A stretch of DNA of 64,000 nucleotides, from the NCBI GenBank assembly GCA_017475045.1, contig JAFVGH010000128.1, positions 22,779-86,778 on the forward strand, read 5' to 3'. Position numbers and translations under genes: made by a program. Below, in pieces: positions 9,789 to 23,160 of this stretch (the first letter of the stretch is position 1; each line of letters begins with the position of its first letter). The notes below the pieces were generated by a model that searched no databases, was not told where the DNA came from, and saw only the letters and a program-made list of their open reading frames with translations. Source of the stretch: Fibrobacter sp. (GTDB lineage: Bacteria; Fibrobacterota; Fibrobacteria; Fibrobacterales; Fibrobacteraceae).

Positions 9789-10592
9789 CTATCCCAGTTC
9801 CTTGCTGCGCTTGGTGCCCGCTTCTACGGCCTTGATGAGGGTGCTGCGGAAGGCTCCATCTTCGAGGGCGTCGATGCCTGCGATGGTGGTACCGCCCGGA
9901 GAGCAGACCATGGCGCACAGGTCGCTGGGGCTCTTGCCGGACTGCTTGACCAGTTCCACGGCGCCTTCGATGGTACCGAGGGTGAGCTTCAGCGCCACGT
10001 CGCGGGTAAGGCCGGCTTTTACGCCGCCGCGGGTAAGGCCTTCGATGAACTCGAAGACGTAGGCGGGGGCACTACCGGAAAGTCCGGTGACGGCGTCCAT
10101 CAAGTTTTCGGTGACGCGACAGGTGACTCCGATGGTGTTGAAAATTTCTTCTGCGGTCTTCAGGGTGTCTTCGGTGACGCCGTCGGTGGCAAGTGCCACC
10201 GTGCCCTTGCCTACGGTGAGCGGCAGGTTGGGCATAACGCGGAGCACCTGGCTCTTGTTTCCAAGAACGGCAAGCAGCGATTCGCGCTTGACTCCGGCCA
10301 TAATGCTGATGAAGGCCTTTTCAGATTTCTGGGACTGCATTGCCGATTCCCATTCCTTGGCGACCAGCTTGAATATCTGGGGCTTTACGCAAAGGAAGGT
10401 CACGTCTGCGGCGGCCACGCCATCGGCGAAGCTTGCCTTGCGGACACAGCCGAGAGCGGTATAGGCTTCGGCAGCCTTGTCGTTGGGTTCCAGGAAAGAA
10501 ATTTCACTTGCGGCAGTGCCTGCGGAAAGGAGCCCGCGGAGGATGGCGCCTCCCATATTGCCGGTTCCCACGAAAAAGATTATCTTGTTCAT
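9789..10592 (-). CDS. proC: Pyrroline-5-carboxylate reductase
   Basis: MNKIIFFVGTGNMG, CVKPQ, RVMPN, TGLSGSAPAY, CSPGGTTIAG; start trimmed to ATG at 10592. Confidence 0.95.
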   Translation of the reverse strand: MNKIIFFVGTGNMGGAILRGLLSAGTAASEISFLEPNDKAAEAYTALGCVRKASFADGVAAADVTFLCVKPQIFKLVAKEWESAMQSQKSEKAFISIMAGVKRESLLAVLGNKSQVLRVMPNLPLTVGKGTVALATDGVTEDTLKTAEEIFNTIGVTCRVTENLMDAVTGLSGSAPAYVFEFIEGLTRGGVKAGLTRDVALKLTLGTIEGAVELVKQSGKSPSDLCAMVCSPGGTTIAGIDALEDGAFRSTLIKAVEAGTKRSKELG

Positions 10593-10752
10593 TGTAGTAT
10601 TCCGTTGTTTTTTGGAAGAATTTAATAAAAATAAGGGTCGTGGGTATATGTTTACAATACTGTGTGGGGTGTGGACACATATATTTCTATCTTGTGGCGC
10701 CGTAGGTGCAAAAACAATTGCGCCAAAAACGATAAGTATAAGGATTTGCCAA

Positions 10753-12645
10753 GTGTATAGGTCTATTCTTTCTATTCTTGCTATTGCTGCAGTATCATTT
10801 TCCTTTGCGGGGCCGGGTCTTGCCGATGGTGCGGCTAAGTTTGTCGGCAACATTACCACCAATGGCCAGGTCCGTTCGGATTTTGGGACCTATTGGAACC
10901 AGATTACTGCCGAAAAAGAATGTACATGGGCATCTATCGAAAGCTCACGCGGTCGTTACAACTGGTCTGGTTGCGATGCTGCCTTTAACTGGGCAAAGAA
11001 TAACGGTGGCCACTTCAAGTTCCACGCTCTGGTGTGGGGCTCCCAGTACCCGAATTGGCTGAACGGCCTTAGTGCCGCCGAAACCAAGAAGGCGATTACC
11101 GCTTGGATGGACGCTGTCAAGCAGCATTACCCGGAACTCGAAATGATTGACGTGGTGAACGAAGCTATCAAGTCGGGTGGCAAGTACCATTCCAATTACG
11201 GATCGCAAGGCAATAACAATATCATTGCCGCTCTCGGTGGCGACAACGGCAACTACGAGTTTGTAGTTACCGCCTTCAATATGGCCCGCGAACGTTGGCC
11301 GAAAGCTATCTTGATTTATAACGACTACAACACCATTCAGTCCCATAAGAATGAAGGTATTGATCTTATCCAAAAATTGAAGAAAAACGGGGCCCCTGTA
11401 GATGCTTACGGCTTGCAGGGAAGGGATTTGATGACCTCGGATAACTGTATTAGCATCAATACGATTAAGTTGGCTATTGACGAAATTTGGAACAAAACAC
11501 AGACCCCCATATTTATTTCGCAATATAAAATTGATACGGATAATGACAATATCCAGGAACAGTGTTACGAAGAACAAATTTCTTATTTTATGGAAAATGA
11601 ACATGTCGCCGGCATCACCATTTGGGGCTATATTTATGGATCCACAACAACGAACGGAGATTCTGATAATGCCGGCCTCATCAAGGATAGCAAAGACCGT
11701 CCTGCAATGACCTGGTTGAAGAGATACCTCTCCGAGAACAAGGGAGTCAATACAACCGAGCTTCCGACAGGTGTTGTAGTTCCGGTTGAGCCTGAACTGC
11801 AGACTCCGTTCAAGGGGGAGCCGTTCGCCATTCCAGGCAAGATAGAAGTCGAAGACTTCGACATTCCGGGTAAGGGCGTAAACGAAGACGGTACAAGCAA
11901 TGCTTCTTATGGAGACGATTCCGAAAACCACGGTGATTCCGATTACCGTGTGGATACCGGTGCAGACCTTTATCAGAAGGCTACTGGAATTGTACTTGGT
12001 TTCAATGAAACGGGAGACTGGTATGAATATACGGTCAACGTTGCCAATGAGGGCAAATACACGGTGATTGCTTCTGTCGCTACAGAAGGTACGGCCGCGT
12101 TCACGCTCTCTATCGGCGGCGATGTTGTGGGTGAATTCACTGTTATAGGTGAAAGTTACGATGATTTTTTTGATGTGAAACAGGAGATGATTCTCCCGGC
12201 CGGTCAGCATGTGCTACGCCTAGACGTAACGCAGGAATACTTTGAAATCGACTATATTGATTTTAAAGCCGAAGAAAGCAGTAGTTCTTCTGCGGAAGTG
12301 AACAGTAACACCTCTTCGGCAAGTGACGAAAGTTCTTCCAGTTCTGCAACAATCGTTAGCAGCTCAGCAAGCGACAAGCAACCCAATGTAGATGTACAAA
12401 GTAGTTCTTCTGCAGTCCCGGCTGTTGTCTGGAACAACCATTTACACATTGGTGGTGCCGATTTTGCCTCCTATGACGTCTATGACTTGAAGGGCCAGAA
12501 ATTGGTCCGCTTTGTAGCCCACAATATGGAGGAAGTGACTCAAATGTGGAACAATTGGTCCGCAAACGCTTCCAAGGTACAAGGAATCGTCTTAATCCGC
12601 AACCGCCTCAGCGGAGAAACAGTCCAAATCAGGTCTGTACGCTAG
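10753..12645 (+). CDS. GH10 xylanase-like protein + CBM6 + Ser-rich linker + basic C-terminal domain (active-site residues altered)
   Basis: GTG start after AAGGA; signal peptide; FKFHALVWGSQ, IDVVNE, YNDYN GH10 motifs; IPGKIEVEDFD...GDWYEYTVNV...IDYIDF CBM6; nucleophile motif reads ISQYKI. Confidence 0.85.
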   Translation: MYRSILSILAIAAVSFSFAGPGLADGAAKFVGNITTNGQVRSDFGTYWNQITAEKECTWASIESSRGRYNWSGCDAAFNWAKNNGGHFKFHALVWGSQYPNWLNGLSAAETKKAITAWMDAVKQHYPELEMIDVVNEAIKSGGKYHSNYGSQGNNNIIAALGGDNGNYEFVVTAFNMARERWPKAILIYNDYNTIQSHKNEGIDLIQKLKKNGAPVDAYGLQGRDLMTSDNCISINTIKLAIDEIWNKTQTPIFISQYKIDTDNDNIQEQCYEEQISYFMENEHVAGITIWGYIYGSTTTNGDSDNAGLIKDSKDRPAMTWLKRYLSENKGVNTTELPTGVVVPVEPELQTPFKGEPFAIPGKIEVEDFDIPGKGVNEDGTSNASYGDDSENHGDSDYRVDTGADLYQKATGIVLGFNETGDWYEYTVNVANEGKYTVIASVATEGTAAFTLSIGGDVVGEFTVIGESYDDFFDVKQEMILPAGQHVLRLDVTQEYFEIDYIDFKAEESSSSSAEVNSNTSSASDESSSSSATIVSSSASDKQPNVDVQSSSSAVPAVVWNNHLHIGGADFASYDVYDLKGQKLVRFVAHNMEEVTQMWNNWSANASKVQGIVLIRNRLSGETVQIRSVR

Positions 12646-12672
12646 AATACAGAATTCTAGCTACGCCAAAAT

Positions 12673-12696
12673 AAAAAGCCCGCTTGTGGCGGGCTT
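12673..12696 (-). terminator. Intrinsic terminator downstream of rho (possibly bidirectional)
   Basis: AAGCCCGC-TTGTG-GCGGGCTT hairpin; the A-run gives a U tail on the minus strand; lies between convergent genes. Confidence 0.7.
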
Positions 12697-12721
12697 GAAA
12701 CACGGTTTTTCTTTTTGATAA

Positions 12722-14551
12722 CTATCCGTTCATAGAATTCAGGAATTCCATGTTGGTCTTGAACAGCTTCATCTTGTCCCGCATGAACTCCATGATTTCC
12801 ACGGTGGTCATGTCCTGCAGGTAACGGCGTAGCACCCACACGCGGCGGAGCTCGTCGTCGGACAATAGCTGTTCTTCTTTGCGGGTTCCGGACTTGAAAA
12901 TGTCGATGGCCGGCCAGATACGCTTTTCGGCGATACGGCGGTCCAGCACCAGTTCGTTGTTGCCGGTTCCCTTGAATTCTTCAAAGATCACTTCGTCCAT
13001 GCGGCTGCCTGTCTCGATGAGGGCCGTGCCGATGATGGTGAGGGAGCCTCCGTTCTCGATTTTACGGGCGGCACCGAAGAAACGCTTGGGCCTGTGCATG
13101 GCGTTGGCATCCACACCGCCGGAGAGAATCTTTCCGGAGTGGGGAATCACCACGTTGTTGGCGCGGGCGAAACGGGTAATGGAGTCTAGCAGAATGACCA
13201 CGTCGTTCCCGTGTTCCACCATGCGCTTGGCCTTCTCGATGACCATGTCGGCCACCTTGATGTGGCGGGTGGGTTCCTCATCGAAGGTAGAAGCCAGCAC
13301 TTCGGCCTGGATATTCTTGCCGCGGGCGGTTCCCTCTTCGCGGAGGCGGTCCACCAGCTTGCGCATTTCGGTCACTTCTTCGGGGCGTTCGTCAATCAGG
13401 AGCACCATCAGCTTCACTTCGGGGTGGTTGATGGTGAGTGCCTTGGTGATGTTCTGCAGAAGCACCGTCTTACCGGTACGGGGAGGAGCCAGGATAATGC
13501 TGCGCTGGCCCTTTCCGATGGGGGTGAACAGGTTCATGATTCGGGTGCTGTATTCTTCGCGGTCCCATTCCAGGTTGAGCCTTTCGATGGGGTGGATGGG
13601 CGTCAGGTATTCGAAGGAAACACGACGCTTGGTCTTCTCAGGGGGCTCGAAGTTCACCGTATCGATACGCATGAGGGCGAAGTACTTTTCGCCTTCCTTG
13701 GGCTGACGAATCTGGCCGGTGATGGTGTCGCCCATCTTCAGGTCGTAACGACGGATGATGTTACGGCTGATGTAGATGTCGTCGGGACCCGCCAGGTAGT
13801 TGTGGTCGGGGTTCCGCAAGAATCCGTGCCCGCCATCGGGAATAATTTCCAGCACCCCCTCTGTGTAGATGGGGCAGTCTTCGCCGGTGGTGGCACTCAA
13901 GATGCTGTAGACCAATGCCTGCTTGCGCATGGTCTTGAAGTCGGGAATTCCCAGTTCGTCGGCCTGGCGCTGCAGTTCGAACATGGGGAGTCCGCGGAGT
14001 TCTTTCCACTTGGCCCGTGCGGCGGCCACCTTCTCGGGGTCGGGGGGCGGCAGCTGGATGCTCTCGTCGATAAAGTCGTCCTGGGGCAGGTTTCTGCCGT
14101 GGCGGTTCTTGAACTTGTTGAACTTATTGAACTTGTTGTTGAACTTGTTGTTGCCCTGGCCGTTCTGGTTGTTTTGCTGGCCCTGGTTGCCCTTGTTCTG
14201 ATTCTGGTTGTTCTGGCCGTTTTGGCCCTGCTGGTTCTGCTGCTGATTCTGGCCCTGCTGCTGGGCGTTCTGGTTTTGGGCGTTGCCCTGGCCCTGCTGG
14301 CTCTGTGCCTGGTTCTCGGTCTTGGGGCTTACGTCTGCGGCAGGGGCTGCGGGTTTCGGTTCTGCAGGTGCTTCGGCTGGTGCTGCTTTGGGCTCGGCCT
14401 TCTTCTCCGCTTCCATGAATTCGGCGGCGGCCTTTTCTACGTTCCCTTCGTCCTGGGCTTTTTTCGGACGTCCGCGACGCTTGGGCTTCTCTGTTTCGGG
14501 GGTTAAAGAGTTTTCAGTCAATTCTTCAGGATTACTTTTAGATCTAGGCAC
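12722..14551 (-). CDS. rho: Transcription termination factor Rho with long low-complexity N-terminal region
   Basis: [60 protein letters not shown]; GTG start at 14551 preceded by AAAGGA. Confidence 0.95.
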   Translation of the reverse strand: MPRSKSNPEELTENSLTPETEKPKRRGRPKKAQDEGNVEKAAAEFMEAEKKAEPKAAPAEAPAEPKPAAPAADVSPKTENQAQSQQGQGNAQNQNAQQQGQNQQQNQQGQNGQNNQNQNKGNQGQQNNQNGQGNNKFNNKFNKFNKFKNRHGRNLPQDDFIDESIQLPPPDPEKVAAARAKWKELRGLPMFELQRQADELGIPDFKTMRKQALVYSILSATTGEDCPIYTEGVLEIIPDGGHGFLRNPDHNYLAGPDDIYISRNIIRRYDLKMGDTITGQIRQPKEGEKYFALMRIDTVNFEPPEKTKRRVSFEYLTPIHPIERLNLEWDREEYSTRIMNLFTPIGKGQRSIILAPPRTGKTVLLQNITKALTINHPEVKLMVLLIDERPEEVTEMRKLVDRLREEGTARGKNIQAEVLASTFDEEPTRHIKVADMVIEKAKRMVEHGNDVVILLDSITRFARANNVVIPHSGKILSGGVDANAMHRPKRFFGAARKIENGGSLTIIGTALIETGSRMDEVIFEEFKGTGNNELVLDRRIAEKRIWPAIDIFKSGTRKEEQLLSDDELRRVWVLRRYLQDMTTVEIMEFMRDKMKLFKTNMEFLNSMNG

Positions 14552-14766
14552 TAGACTATCCTTTGATATGATAAGGTCTTTTTTAACGGAAAAGAACTTT
14601 AATGGGGGAATATGGTAAAATGGAGAATTGTTCTCCAAAAAATTGGGGAGACTTCGGCTCCGCCAACGCCCCATAAGATAAATAAAAAATTTCCATTTGT
14701 CAGCCCAAATCGCCCAAAACGGCAAAAAAAATAAAAATTGACATGCCGATTAGCTATATTGGGGGT

Positions 14767-15276
14767 GTGGAATCTTTAGAAAGAGTATTTGTGGCCTTGG
14801 GCAGCAATCTCTCGCCTCGGGGAAGACGACTTTCCGAGGGGCGTGAAATGTTGCGCCGTATTTCAGCCGGTGGCTGGAAGGAAAGTCCCATCTACGAGAC
14901 TCCTCCGGTTGGTCCGGAGGGGCAGGGTCCTTATTTCAACCAGGTAGTGAGCTTTTGGTACTCGGGTACACCCACGCGTCTGCTCTATTACCTCAAGGGC
15001 TCCGAACTTGTGCTTGGACGTAAACCTAGGGGCCATTGGAATTCTAGGGAAATAGATTTGGACCTTCTGTATTACGGCAACAAGGTGCTGACCGGCAGGC
15101 CGCAGGTTCCCCACGGGGAGATTCTGCACCGCCAGTTTGTGCTTGTGCCCATGAACGATATCGCCCCCGACTGGGAAGACCCCCTGAACGGGCGTGCCGT
15201 GAAAAGTTTGCTTGCGGACTTGCTAGCTCGCGAGGGGAAAATCTCGTTCCGCACGGTGACAGGGGAGGAAGACTGA
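14767..15276 (+). CDS. folK: 2-amino-4-hydroxy-6-hydroxymethyldihydropteridine diphosphokinase
   Basis: VALGSNL, SPIYETPPVG, YFNQV, WNSREIDLDLLYY, VPH...RQFVLVP; start taken at GTG 14767 (ATG 14743 also possible). Confidence 0.92.
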   Translation: MESLERVFVALGSNLSPRGRRLSEGREMLRRISAGGWKESPIYETPPVGPEGQGPYFNQVVSFWYSGTPTRLLYYLKGSELVLGRKPRGHWNSREIDLDLLYYGNKVLTGRPQVPHGEILHRQFVLVPMNDIAPDWEDPLNGRAVKSLLADLLAREGKISFRTVTGEED

Positions 15277-15926
15277 TGCTTACGGACAAGGGCGTACATT
15301 TTTTGGCCATCGAAGGAGTCATCGGGGTAGGCAAGACCACCCTCGCCCGGATTATCGCCGAGCGCTGGAATGCCTTCTGCATAGAAGAGAATTTCGCGGA
15401 GAACCCTTTCCTGGAAAAGTTCTATGAGAACAAGGAGGCCTACGCCTTCCAGACCCAGCTGTTCTTCTTGTTGGACCGTCACAAGCAGTTGCAGAATACA
15501 GGACTCCAGAGCGACCTGTTCCACGACTTGCTGGTGTGTGACTACACTTTCGACAAAGACCAGATTTTTGCGGCCCAGAACCTTTCTGACAGCGAGTACA
15601 CCATGTACGAGCAGGTGGCCCGCTCCTTGGACAAGGATCTGCCGAAACCCGACCTGGTGGTTTACTTGCAGGCCAGCGTCTCCACTCTTTTGAACCGGAT
15701 TCGCGGCCGTGGCCGCCAGATGGAAAAGGCCATCGAGGGTAACTACCTCAAGGACCTTCAAGAGCGCTACGACCATCTGTTTTGGCATTACCCCAGCGCT
15801 CCCGTGCTGATTATCAACACGGACAACATCGACTTTGTACACAACGAAAATCACCTGAAACAAATTCTGGATGCCATTGCGGAATGCCCGCGGCAGACCA
15901 CCTACTTTGTTCCCGATGGAAATTAA
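15276..15926 (+). CDS. Deoxynucleoside kinase (dNK family)
   Basis: AIEGVIGVGKTT, NPFLEKFY, AFQTQLFFLLDR, PDLVVYLQAS, RIRGRGR; typical position after folK. Confidence 0.9.
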   Translation: MLTDKGVHFLAIEGVIGVGKTTLARIIAERWNAFCIEENFAENPFLEKFYENKEAYAFQTQLFFLLDRHKQLQNTGLQSDLFHDLLVCDYTFDKDQIFAAQNLSDSEYTMYEQVARSLDKDLPKPDLVVYLQASVSTLLNRIRGRGRQMEKAIEGNYLKDLQERYDHLFWHYPSAPVLIINTDNIDFVHNENHLKQILDAIAECPRQTTYFVPDGN

Positions 15927-15935
15927 GAAGGCAAT

Positions 15936-16787
15936 ATGCAGATCATCAAGACCATAGCGGAATTACGTGAAACCTTGAAACCCTTTATCAAGCAGGATAA
16001 GGTCATCGGCCTGGTTCCCACCATGGGAGCTCTTCACGATGGACACGGGTCCCTTATCAAGGCCTGTGCCAAGGATTGCGAAGTGACGGTGGTGAGTGTC
16101 TTTTTGAATCCCATCCAGTTCGGACGTAACGAGGACCTGGATAAGTACCCGAAGCGCCTGGAGGCCGATGCCAAGTTTGCTGGCTCACTGGGGGCTGACT
16201 ATGTCTTTGCTCCAAGCGTTGCCGAGATGTATCCCGATGGAGACCCTCTGACTCTTGTCCGTGACGAATCCTTGGAAAGCCTGTACTGCGGTGCTTACCG
16301 TCCGGGGCATTTCCGCGGGGTTTTAACGGTGGTGGCCAAGCTGTTCCTGATTTCGGGAGCGAACAAGGCCTACTTCGGTGAGAAGGATTATCAGCAGGTG
16401 TTCCTCATCGAGAAGATGGTGAAGGACTTGAACTTTGACATCGAGATTCATCGCGTGCCTATCGTTCGCGAGGAGTCGGGCTTGGCCCTTTCTAGCCGAA
16501 ACGAATACCTCTCCGACGACGAGCGTAAGCAGGCTCTTGGAATTTCAGAGGGCCTCAAGCAGGCGAAGGCCGCTTTCGAGGCTGGCGAGCGTGGTGTTGT
16601 GCGTCTTCGGGATATCGTTCTGAAGTCCGTGCTTGCCAACCGTGGTCAGGTGCAGTACGTAGAAGTGGTGAACCAGAAGAACCTCCAGAAGTTCAACGGT
16701 GTCATCCGCGAGGGTGACAAGGTTGTGATTCTGGTGGCCGCTTTCTTCGGCAAGACCCGCCTGATCGACAATATCGAGCTGAACTAG
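15936..16787 (+). CDS. panC: Pantoate--beta-alanine ligase
   Basis: VPTMGALHDGH, SVFLNPIQF, RPGHFRGV, FGEKDYQQ, GLALSSRN, RLIDN. Confidence 0.97.
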   Translation: MQIIKTIAELRETLKPFIKQDKVIGLVPTMGALHDGHGSLIKACAKDCEVTVVSVFLNPIQFGRNEDLDKYPKRLEADAKFAGSLGADYVFAPSVAEMYPDGDPLTLVRDESLESLYCGAYRPGHFRGVLTVVAKLFLISGANKAYFGEKDYQQVFLIEKMVKDLNFDIEIHRVPIVREESGLALSSRNEYLSDDERKQALGISEGLKQAKAAFEAGERGVVRLRDIVLKSVLANRGQVQYVEVVNQKNLQKFNGVIREGDKVVILVAAFFGKTRLIDNIELN

Positions 16788-16792
16788 CTTTT

Positions 16793-20344
<3,552 letters not shown>

Positions 20345-20381
20345 TTAAATCAGTATGAATAAGTTTTCAGCGGTTAAAATT

Positions 20382-23015
20382 TTATTTCACGATGTTTAAT
20401 TTGACGGTTCTATGGCTTTCAAACCCACGGACGATATACATTCCCGGTTTTACGCCTCTTGAAACAAGGGCTTCCCGGAATCCGCCTCTTGCTGAAGCAC
20501 TTTCAATGCGGCAAATGTAGGTGCCGTCCATCTTGAATACGTCGTAGGCGCTTTCGCCGTGATTCAGACGCAGAATTTCCTGGTTGCGGCAGGCAGATTT
20601 GTCTCCCTTGGAATCGTCCTTGGAGTTGTCGCCGGGCTCGACATAATCAAGGCTGGTAAATGCAATCCAGTCTACGTTCAGGTATGCCCCTGTAATCAGG
20701 AGCCTGAGAACATGCTTTCCGGAATCAAGGGTAACAGAACCGATGGAAGTTGTCTTATAGACATTCCATGTGGTGTCGACCTTCTCGAATACGATGGTGT
20801 CAGTAATGGCTTCGCCATCTACAAAAAGCTGCATAGACGAGATTTCAAAAGCCGTAGCGTAGTTTACGGTCATGTCGTAATTCAAGGTCTTTTTGACGTC
20901 TAATGTATATTCTAGCCATTCGTCGGCTTGGGTATAGCCGATGGCGTAGCCGTTACACGGGGTTGTACCGCAAGTGGTTCCTTTAAGAGAGACAATGTCA
21001 ACGCCATCGGCACGATAGGAGTCTCCTTCGTTCACGAAATCCTTGTCGCTATACGAAATGCTTTGACCGCCTTCATCGTAGTCTTCGGCTTCGACGATGC
21101 CTGGGATGACGAAGGCCTTGTTGTAGGGAGCCTGTTCCATCTTGGCGCTGAAATCGGCAAGGGGTATGGAACTGATACGGCCTGCAAGATCCTTAAATTC
21201 ACCCTGAAGGCCCGCCGCCTCGGCAACAGAAGCGATGTAGCCCCCGTTGTTCTTTTCGGTAAAGTAGCCGGGTGCGTTTCTGCCTACGCCGGAAGGAGAG
21301 TTTTTGTAGGAGTTGTTTTCAACGGCAAAACCGCTAGATCCTTCGTCAAGATAGATGGGCAATACCCAGTAGTCGGCCCATTCGGAAGCTCCGTAATCAT
21401 GGAGGTAGTTTTCCTTGATTTCACTGCCCTCGTCTTGGTTGGACAGGGTGTAAATTGGGCCGGAATCACAGAGCAGGCGCGAAATATGGTGGATATTGTT
21501 CTTGTTAATCTTGTTGTTTGTCATGGCCGTTTCGCTCTTGGTCCAGCCAAAGCCCACCGAGATGCCAGAGTAGTTCGTATAGGATACTTCGTTGTTCTCG
21601 ATAACAATGTATCTCGGGTAGCCTGCGCCGATGCCCACGGCACCCTGGTGCTCGTTGGTCACGTTGGTCACTAGGTTGTAACGGATGGTGTCGCGGGTGC
21701 TGATTTCCTCTTTATCTGTTGGGTTGTATGGGGTGTGTATTTCGGTGGTGGAGTCCTGAGAGAACTTGCCTATCATGATGCCTGCAGCGCCCAGCTCGTA
21801 GAATACGTTTCCTTCGATGACGTCGTCATTGGTTCCCGATACGAAATCCAGGCCTGTGGCGGCCATCTGGGTGAATACACAACCGCTAATCTTGAAATGG
21901 TGGGCGTTCTCGACACGGAAACCTGCGTCCGGGCGCCATAGCAGGAATTCGTTACTTTCTAGTAAACCAAAGTCTTTTACATCGATGTTGAACATACCCG
22001 CCTGCAAGTCCAGGAATCCTTCTTCGCTAGGTCGTAGGTAGTTGCTGTGGGCAAATGTCAGGCCTTCAAAGCTCATGTAGCCCACCTTGTTCTTGGTGTT
22101 CTTGCCGAGCACGCTGAAAAGGGTGTTGATGCGAGGAACGACCACGTTTGCGGTCTGCATGTTTTCGCCTTCTCGGGCCTTGTAGTACAAAGTCTTGGCT
22201 TTTTCGTCAAGATACCATTCCCCAGGGACATCTATAAATTCGTATGCGTTTTCGAGGTAATAGACCTGTTGTTTGGGCGGGTTGCTCATATGGGCTGTGC
22301 CGAGCATTGGGTATTTACGCCGGAACAGCCTTGTTCTTTCGGGATCCTGGGGCTCAAATTTCGAGACGTTTCCCTGGTTTGTGATTTTTGAGGCTCTCAA
22401 GATGTTTTCGGACCAGGCGATCATCAGGTGGATTTCCACCTTGTCGAGATTTTTCCAGTTCGCCTCGCCGATATCGCTGTTGTTCAGGAGAAATGCGGAA
22501 CCGGTAGAATCCACCTTGTTCAGGCGGAAGAAATTGTGGTCGCCGTTATCCTTTAGGTTCGGAAAACGGGCACGAATTCCCTTCTTGTTGTTTACGTAAA
22601 TCTGACGGAATCGTGTGTCAATTCCCTCGACTTTCCAGATGTTCTTCTTCTCGTCGTGGATTTTCCAGCCGGTGACGCCCATGCCGCCCGTAATCAGGGG
22701 GTGTTCGCCCTTGTAGGCCTTGTAGCGCACATAGTGGCCGTTCTTGCCGCCATCACGTTCGTCAAAGTTGACAGTGGAGGGGAGGGCATAGGTTCCTTCC
22801 CGCAAAATAACCTCGATGTCGCCGGCCATGGAGCCGTTGATTGCCCGTACGGCCTTTTGCGCCTGGGTAATCGTCTTGAAGGGGGCACTTTCGGTACCTT
22901 TGTTAGAATCGCTGCCGGATGGCGAAACGTAGAATGTGGCCTGTGTTGCGGCCAAGGCAGCCCCAGCTAAAATGAGGGCACACCTAGAAACGGAAGAAAA
23001 TATTCTTGTAACCAT
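20382..23015 (-). CDS. Secreted right-handed beta-helix glycoside hydrolase (GH141-like) + CBM6
   Basis: FYVSPSGSDSNKGTESAPFKTITQAQ, LENAYEFIDVPGEWYLD, DSGPIYTL, IYLDEGS; IPGIVEAEDYD CBM6; start at 23015 or 23027. Confidence 0.75.
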   Translation of the reverse strand: MVTRIFSSVSRCALILAGAALAATQATFYVSPSGSDSNKGTESAPFKTITQAQKAVRAINGSMAGDIEVILREGTYALPSTVNFDERDGGKNGHYVRYKAYKGEHPLITGGMGVTGWKIHDEKKNIWKVEGIDTRFRQIYVNNKKGIRARFPNLKDNGDHNFFRLNKVDSTGSAFLLNNSDIGEANWKNLDKVEIHLMIAWSENILRASKITNQGNVSKFEPQDPERTRLFRRKYPMLGTAHMSNPPKQQVYYLENAYEFIDVPGEWYLDEKAKTLYYKAREGENMQTANVVVPRINTLFSVLGKNTKNKVGYMSFEGLTFAHSNYLRPSEEGFLDLQAGMFNIDVKDFGLLESNEFLLWRPDAGFRVENAHHFKISGCVFTQMAATGLDFVSGTNDDVIEGNVFYELGAAGIMIGKFSQDSTTEIHTPYNPTDKEEISTRDTIRYNLVTNVTNEHQGAVGIGAGYPRYIVIENNEVSYTNYSGISVGFGWTKSETAMTNNKINKNNIHHISRLLCDSGPIYTLSNQDEGSEIKENYLHDYGASEWADYWVLPIYLDEGSSGFAVENNSYKNSPSGVGRNAPGYFTEKNNGGYIASVAEAAGLQGEFKDLAGRISSIPLADFSAKMEQAPYNKAFVIPGIVEAEDYDEGGQSISYSDKDFVNEGDSYRADGVDIVSLKGTTCGTTPCNGYAIGYTQADEWLEYTLDVKKTLNYDMTVNYATAFEISSMQLFVDGEAITDTIVFEKVDTTWNVYKTTSIGSVTLDSGKHVLRLLITGAYLNVDWIAFTSLDYVEPGDNSKDDSKGDKSACRNQEILRLNHGESAYDVFKMDGTYICRIESASARGGFREALVSRGVKPGMYIVRGFESHRTVKLNIVK

Positions 23016-23106
23016 AAACAATCCCATCTATGGTACAAAGATATTTTTCCATACCCCAAAAAAGACCTATGGGAATAGAGTTTCCTTGGACAAGTTGTCA
23101 ACAGAC

Positions 23107-23140
23107 AAAAACGGCGTTTTAGTGTAAAAACGCCGTTTTT
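23107..23140 (-). terminator. Intrinsic terminator downstream of the adenylate cyclase gene
   Basis: AAAAACGGCGTTTT-AGTGT-AAAAACGCCGTTTTT inverted repeat. Confidence 0.65.
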
Positions 23141-23160
23141 ATAATGAATGTTTACAAAAA

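Noticed and set aside
10477-10862. Apparent head-to-head overlap of proC and GH10 in the ORF track
   Set aside because: Over-extended starts; plausible starts are 10592 (-) and 10753 (+), leaving a 160-bp divergent gap.
13211-14506. 431-aa plus-strand ORF with a Leu/Val-rich pseudo-transmembrane stretch
   Set aside because: The hydrophobic run is simply the reverse complement of Rho's Gln/Asn codons.
23047-23106. Short inverted repeats (CCATA..TATGG, TGTC..GACA) upstream of the GH141-like gene
   Set aside because: Too short, and not clearly repeated upstream of the other CAZyme genes, to call an operator.
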